From an uncultured Anaerosporobacter sp. (lineage in GTDB: Bacteria > Bacillota > Clostridia > Lachnospirales > Lachnospiraceae): 32,744 nt of DNA. Under the pieces are notes generated by a model that saw nothing but the letters and a program-made list of their open reading frames with translations, was not told the origin of the DNA and did no database searches. The stretch covers positions 1-32,744 of the forward strand of contig CALZJY010000001.1 in assembly GCA_945787925.1 (NCBI GenBank), given 5' to 3'. The position numbers and the translations under genes are program-made. This document shows positions 27,014 through 32,744 of this stretch, piece by piece; position 1 is the first letter of the stretch; the number at the start of each line of letters is the position of its first letter.

Positions 27014-27093
27014 TTATAACCTAATTTCATTGGATTATAGTAAGAGTTACGATCAGACAGTTCTTATGGCTGTTTGAGACACTTATAGAATAG

Positions 27094-27135
27094 AAGGGTC
27101 TGTTGGTAACCGTAAGGTGGCCAACAGACCTTTTT
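27094..27135 (+). terminator. Terminator after rplL
   Basis: GGTCTGTTGG...CCAACAGACC-TTTTT with an inner ACC/GGT stem. Confidence 0.88.
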
Positions 27136-27265
27136 AATATATAGGAAACTTCTCTAATAAGAAGTACTCTGTATTAAGAAATGAGATGTACACTCGCGGA
27201 AAGCGTGTTTCTTCTCAGTGAATGATTCCCGCTGTTTCTGATAAAGGAATAAGAAAAAGGGCAAT

Positions 27266-27292
27266 AAAAAAGCCCTCCCAAAAAGGGAAGGC
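27266..27292 (-). terminator. Orphan minus-strand intrinsic terminator
   Basis: Minus strand GCCTTCCC-TTTTT-GGGAGGGC-TTTTTT. The U:G pair works only on the minus strand. Confidence 0.65.
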
Positions 27293-27362
27293 CTTAGGAT
27301 GAAAAATAATATGTAATACATTCAATCGTTGTTCAAAAATGGGGAACAAAAACGAGAGAATA
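27266..27362 (-). ncRNA. Candidate small RNA (~97 nt) divergent from rpoB
   Basis: Minus-strand TATAAT at 27369-27374, a 5' hairpin with a CCCAUUUUU loop and a terminal terminator; no RBS-supported ORF. Confidence 0.4.
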
Positions 27363-27476
27363 ATTTATATTATATAGGTTAAGAATAAAAGATATGATAA
27401 TTTTGCCCGTAATGGCAAAATACCGGAAATAAGGCAAAAAAATACTTGACAAATAAAAAAAGACGCCCAATTTTCA

Positions 27477-27505
27477 TTGACATCTTGACAAAATTATGTT
27501 AACAT
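27477..27505 (+). promoter_or_regulatory. Sigma-A promoter of rpoB-rpoC
   Basis: TTGACA-17 nt-TAACAT with extended TG. Confidence 0.65.
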
Positions 27506-27716
27506 GAAAAATGCACTATTGTGGTGTGGTATGCATTTATCTATCTACAGGTAGATTATAGCATATAAGAGATAAAAAGAAAAGACTTTTTCATTGAAAA
27601 TGCAACATGCATACATAGATGATATGAAAGTGGTTTTCTATGTGCCTAAAGTTTCCTAAGTTTTAAGACTTAATAAACTCAATAAATTACAATAAATTCA
27701 AGGGGTGAAAACGTTA

Positions 27717-30700
27717 ATGGAAAAGAACAGAATACGTCCCATCAAGGTCGGCAAAGGTGTAAGAATGAGCTTCTCTAAACGTAAAGAAGTTTTGGATATG
27801 CCAAATCTAATTGAAGTACAGACTGATTCTTATAAGTGGTTCTTAGATGAAGGACTCAATGAAGTTTTTGATGACATCTCTCCAATAGAGGATTACAACG
27901 GCCATCTTAGTTTACGTTTTGTAGGTTTCACTTTATGTACTGATGAAGTGAAGTATTCTATTGAAGAATGTAAAGAAAGGGATGCAACATTTGCAGCTCC
28001 ACTTAAAGTGAAGGTTAGACTTCATAATAAAGAAAATGATGAAATTAACGAACATGATATTTTCATGGGTGAGTTACCGTTAATGACAGATACAGGTACC
28101 TTTGTGATCAATGGTGCTGAGAGAGTTATTGTAAGCCAATTAGTACGTTCCCCTGGTATTTATTATGCTATAGATCGTGATAAAATTGGTAAACAATTAT
28201 TCTACGCAACAGTGATTCCTAACAGAGGTGCGTGGTTAGAATATGAAACAGACAGTAATGATATCTTCTATGTACGTGTAGATAGAAACCGTAAGGTTCC
28301 TGTTTCCGTATTAATCCGTGCATTTGATAATTGTAAATTCGATTACAGTGCAGATCCAGACAAAGGATGGAACATCGACGAAGAAATCAGAAGTGCGTCT
28401 AATCAAGAAATCTTAGACTTCTTCGGTGAAGAACCTAAGATGTTAGCAACATTACAAAAAGATATTTCTACTAACTATCAAGAAGGTTTATTCGAACTTT
28501 ACAAAAAGCTTCGTCCAGGTGAACCTTTAAGCGTTGAAAGTGCAGAAGCGTTATTACGTTCTATGTTCTTTGATGCTAGAAGATACGACTTAGCTAAAGT
28601 TGGTAGATATAAATTCAATAAGAAATTAGCTCTTAGAAATAGAATCACTCATTTCACATTAGCAGAAGATGTTGTTGATGAAATGACTGGTGAAATCATT
28701 GCAGAAGCAGGAACTAAGATTACAGAAGAGTTAGCAGAACAAATCCAAAACACTGGTACAGGCCATGTATGGGTTGAAACTGAAGACAGAAAAGTTAAAG
28801 TAATCTCTAACCGTATGGTTGATCTTGCTGCATTCGGCATTGATAAAGATGAAGTTGGCATCAAAGATGAAGTTTACTATTTCGCATTAAAATATCTATT
28901 AGATAGATATGAAGGTGAAGAATTAGTGGAACAAATCAAAGCGAACGTTCACAAATTAGTTCCTAAATTCATTACAGTTTGGGATATTTTTGCGTCTATC
29001 AACTACAACATGCACTTAGAGTATGAAGTAGGCGAAAAAGACGATATCGACCATTTAGGTAACAGACGTATTCGTGCGGTTGGTGAGTTGTTACAAAACC
29101 AATACAGAATCGGTCTTTCTAGAATGGAAAGAGTTGTTCGTGAAAGAATGACAACTCAGGATTTAGAAGGAATTTCTCCTCAATCCTTAATTAACATTAA
29201 ACCTGTAACTGCAGCTGTGAAAGAATTCTTCGGAAGTTCTCAGTTATCTCAGTTCATGGATCAAAACAACCCTCTTTCTGAGTTGACTCATAAGAGACGT
29301 TTATCCGCACTTGGACCTGGTGGTTTATCCAGAGACCGTGCCGGATTCGAAGTTCGAGATGTTCACTATACTCACTACGGTAGAATGTGTCCAATCGAAA
29401 CTCCTGAAGGTCCAAACATCGGTTTAATTAACTCCCTTGCAACTTATGCAAGAATCAATGACTATGGCTTTGTTGAAGCGCCATACAGAAAAGTAGATAA
29501 ATCTGATCCTAAGAACCCTCGTGTAACAGATGAGGTTGTATACTTAACAGCAGATGAAGAAGATAAATATGTAGTAGCTCAAGCGAATGCGCAAATCGAT
29601 GAAGACGGTTACTTTGTACACAACTCTGTATCCGGTCGTTATAGAGAAGAAACAACTGAGTTCCCTAAAGCTAAGATTGACTTAATGGATGTATCTCCTA
29701 AGATGTTATTCTCCGTTGCGACAGCAATCATCCCATTCCTTGAAAACGATGATCCTACTCGTGCCTTAATGGGATCGAACATGCAACGTCAGGCAGTTCC
29801 ACTATTAATGACAGAAGCACCTGTTGTTGGTACTGGTATGGAACAAAAAGTTGCTGTTGACTCGGGTGACTGTGTTGTTGCAGTTGCAGACGGTGTAGTA
29901 GAACGCTCTACATCTTATGAAATCGTTGTAAAAGAAGACGATGGAAATAAGAGATCATATAAAGTTGAAAAATTCGTACGTTCTAACCAAGGTAACTGTA
30001 TGAACCAAAGACCAATCGTAGATCGCGGAGACCGTGTTAAAGCTGGTCAAGTAATCGCAGATGGTCCAAGTACTAAGAATGGTGAAATCGCTCTTGGTAA
30101 AAACCCATTAATCGGTTTCATGACTTGGGAAGGTTACAACTACGAAGATGCCGTACTTCTTAGTGAAAGATTAGTTCAAGAAGACGTTTACACTTCCGTT
30201 CATATCAATGAATATGAAGCAGAAGCTCGTGATACAAAACTTGGACCAGAAGAAATCACAAGAGACGTACCAGGCGTTGGTGATGATGCTCTTAAAGATC
30301 TTGACGAAAGAGGTATCATCAGAATTGGTGCTGAAGTTCGTGCAGGAGATATCTTAGTTGGTAAAGTTACACCTAAGGGTGAAACTGAATTAACAGCAGA
30401 AGAAAGATTACTTCGTGCAATCTTCGGTGAAAAAGCTCGTGAAGTAAGAGACACTTCTTTACGTGTGCCTCATGGTGAATTCGGTATCATTATCGATGCG
30501 AAAGTATTCACTAGAGAAAACGGAGACGAATTATCTCCAGGCGTTAACCAAACAGTTCGTATCTATATCGCTCAAAAGAGAAAAATCCAAGTGGGTGATA
30601 AGATGGCCGGTCGACATGGTAACAAGGGTGTTGTTTCCCGCGTATTACCAGTGGAAGATATGCCATTCTTACCAAACGGTCGTCCTCTAGACATCGTTCT

Positions 30701-31691
30701 TAACCCTCTAGGCGTACCTTCTCGTATGAACATCGGACAGGTCCTTGAAATTCACTTATCCTTAGCTTCTAAAGCATTAGGATTCAACGTGGCAACTCCT
30801 GTATTCGATGGTGCAAACCATGCAGATATCATGGATACGTTACAGTTAGCTAACGATTATGTAAACACTCCACTGGATGAATTCCAGGATAAATATAAAG
30901 ACATTTTAGATCCAGAAGTTATGGATTACCTTGTAACAAACGAAGCTTACCGTAAAGAATGGGAAGGTGTTCCTATTAACCGTGATGGTAAAGTTCGCTT
31001 ACGTGATGGTAGAACAGGTGATTACTTCGATGGTGCCGTAACAGTTGGTTTCATGCACTACTTGAAACTTCACCACTTAGTAGATGATAAGATCCATGCT
31101 CGTTCTACTGGTCCTTACTCACTTGTAACACAACAACCTTTAGGTGGTAAGGCTCAATTCGGTGGACAGAGATTCGGTGAAATGGAAGTTTGGGCACTTG
31201 AAGCATATGGTGCTGCTTACACATTACAAGAAATCTTAACTGTTAAATCCGATGATGTTGTTGGTCGTGTTAAAACTTACGAAGCAATCATCAAAGGTGA
31301 GAACATTTCTGAACCTGGCATCCCTGAATCATTCAAGGTATTATTAAAAGAACTTCAGTCTCTTGCATTAGACGTTACAGTTCTTGATGAACACGGTAAT
31401 GAAATCAAGATGACAGAAAACATTGACTACGGCGATGAAGACTTAACTCCATTAATCGAAGGAGAAGATAACAAGTTCGGATTCGATGACAATCAGTTTA
31501 CTCAAGCTGGATTCAGCGAAGTAAAACATGAGAAAGAAGAAAGTAGCAATGCTATGAGTTTCGATATCTTCGAAGCAGAAGAACCAGATTTCGAAGCAGA
31601 AGAACCAGACTTTGGAGATAATGATGCATTAACTATCTCTGAAGAAGATAGCGTAGAATTAAACTTCGACAACTTTGATTTAGATAACTAA
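27717..31691 (+). CDS. rpoB: DNA-directed RNA polymerase subunit beta
   Basis: [87 protein letters not shown]; ATG 27717 follows AGGGGTG. Confidence 0.99.
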   Translation: MEKNRIRPIKVGKGVRMSFSKRKEVLDMPNLIEVQTDSYKWFLDEGLNEVFDDISPIEDYNGHLSLRFVGFTLCTDEVKYSIEECKERDATFAAPLKVKVRLHNKENDEINEHDIFMGELPLMTDTGTFVINGAERVIVSQLVRSPGIYYAIDRDKIGKQLFYATVIPNRGAWLEYETDSNDIFYVRVDRNRKVPVSVLIRAFDNCKFDYSADPDKGWNIDEEIRSASNQEILDFFGEEPKMLATLQKDISTNYQEGLFELYKKLRPGEPLSVESAEALLRSMFFDARRYDLAKVGRYKFNKKLALRNRITHFTLAEDVVDEMTGEIIAEAGTKITEELAEQIQNTGTGHVWVETEDRKVKVISNRMVDLAAFGIDKDEVGIKDEVYYFALKYLLDRYEGEELVEQIKANVHKLVPKFITVWDIFASINYNMHLEYEVGEKDDIDHLGNRRIRAVGELLQNQYRIGLSRMERVVRERMTTQDLEGISPQSLINIKPVTAAVKEFFGSSQLSQFMDQNNPLSELTHKRRLSALGPGGLSRDRAGFEVRDVHYTHYGRMCPIETPEGPNIGLINSLATYARINDYGFVEAPYRKVDKSDPKNPRVTDEVVYLTADEEDKYVVAQANAQIDEDGYFVHNSVSGRYREETTEFPKAKIDLMDVSPKMLFSVATAIIPFLENDDPTRALMGSNMQRQAVPLLMTEAPVVGTGMEQKVAVDSGDCVVAVADGVVERSTSYEIVVKEDDGNKRSYKVEKFVRSNQGNCMNQRPIVDRGDRVKAGQVIADGPSTKNGEIALGKNPLIGFMTWEGYNYEDAVLLSERLVQEDVYTSVHINEYEAEARDTKLGPEEITRDVPGVGDDALKDLDERGIIRIGAEVRAGDILVGKVTPKGETELTAEERLLRAIFGEKAREVRDTSLRVPHGEFGIIIDAKVFTRENGDELSPGVNQTVRIYIAQKRKIQVGDKMAGRHGNKGVVSRVLPVEDMPFLPNGRPLDIVLNPLGVPSRMNIGQVLEIHLSLASKALGFNVATPVFDGANHADIMDTLQLANDYVNTPLDEFQDKYKDILDPEVMDYLVTNEAYRKEWEGVPINRDGKVRLRDGRTGDYFDGAVTVGFMHYLKLHHLVDDKIHARSTGPYSLVTQQPLGGKAQFGGQRFGEMEVWALEAYGAAYTLQEILTVKSDDVVGRVKTYEAIIKGENISEPGIPESFKVLLKELQSLALDVTVLDEHGNEIKMTENIDYGDEDLTPLIEGEDNKFGFDDNQFTQAGFSEVKHEKEESSNAMSFDIFEAEEPDFEAEEPDFGDNDALTISEEDSVELNFDNFDLDN
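31569..31610 (+). repeat. 21-bp tandem duplication in the RpoB tail (FEAEEPD x2)
   Basis: TTCGAAGCAGAAGAACCAGAT followed by TTCGAAGCAGAAGAACCAGAC. Confidence 0.9.
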
Positions 31692-31714
31692 AAAACCAGA
31701 AGGGAGTGCCATAA

Positions 31715-32744
<1,030 letters not shown>

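Noticed and set aside
27154-27321. 55-aa minus-strand hydrophobic ORF (MYYILFFILRPSLFGRAFLLPFFLFLY...) as a type I toxin
   Set aside because: No RBS, it runs through the minus-strand terminator, and the hydrophobicity is explained by the T-rich strand.

Overview
AT-rich core-chromosome window from a low-GC Firmicute, most likely Lachnospiraceae. That assignment is inferred from the dnaD-like/dnaC-like/prs and murC/glgC-glgD-spoVG synteny, the rnfCDGEAB order and the RpoB insert pattern. Left to right it holds: the 3' end of a coiled-coil protein, a 55-aa 2[4Fe-4S] ferredoxin missed by the ORF track, a DUF1858 protein, mecA, a class A PBP, prs, a DnaC/DnaI-like loader, a DnaD-like protein, murC, glgC-glgD-spoVG, a transglutaminase-like protein, rnfCDGEAB, a small membrane protein, a LacI regulator, a receiver-AraC regulator, rpmG (also missed)-secE-nusG-rplK-rplA, rplJ-rplL, rpoB and the 5' part of rpoC. 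I see no mobile element, CRISPR, tRNA or rRNA. The most notable signals are: (1) a dense DnaA-box cluster upstream of the dnaD/loader operon, where part of the cluster also forms the stem of the murC terminator; (2) a candidate ~97-nt minus-strand sRNA divergent from rpoB; (3) an orphan response regulator lacking the phospho-acceptor Asp, paired with a LacI; (4) a Cys-rich extension on RnfE; and (5) RpoB peculiarities. All were read by eye and none is computationally validated.
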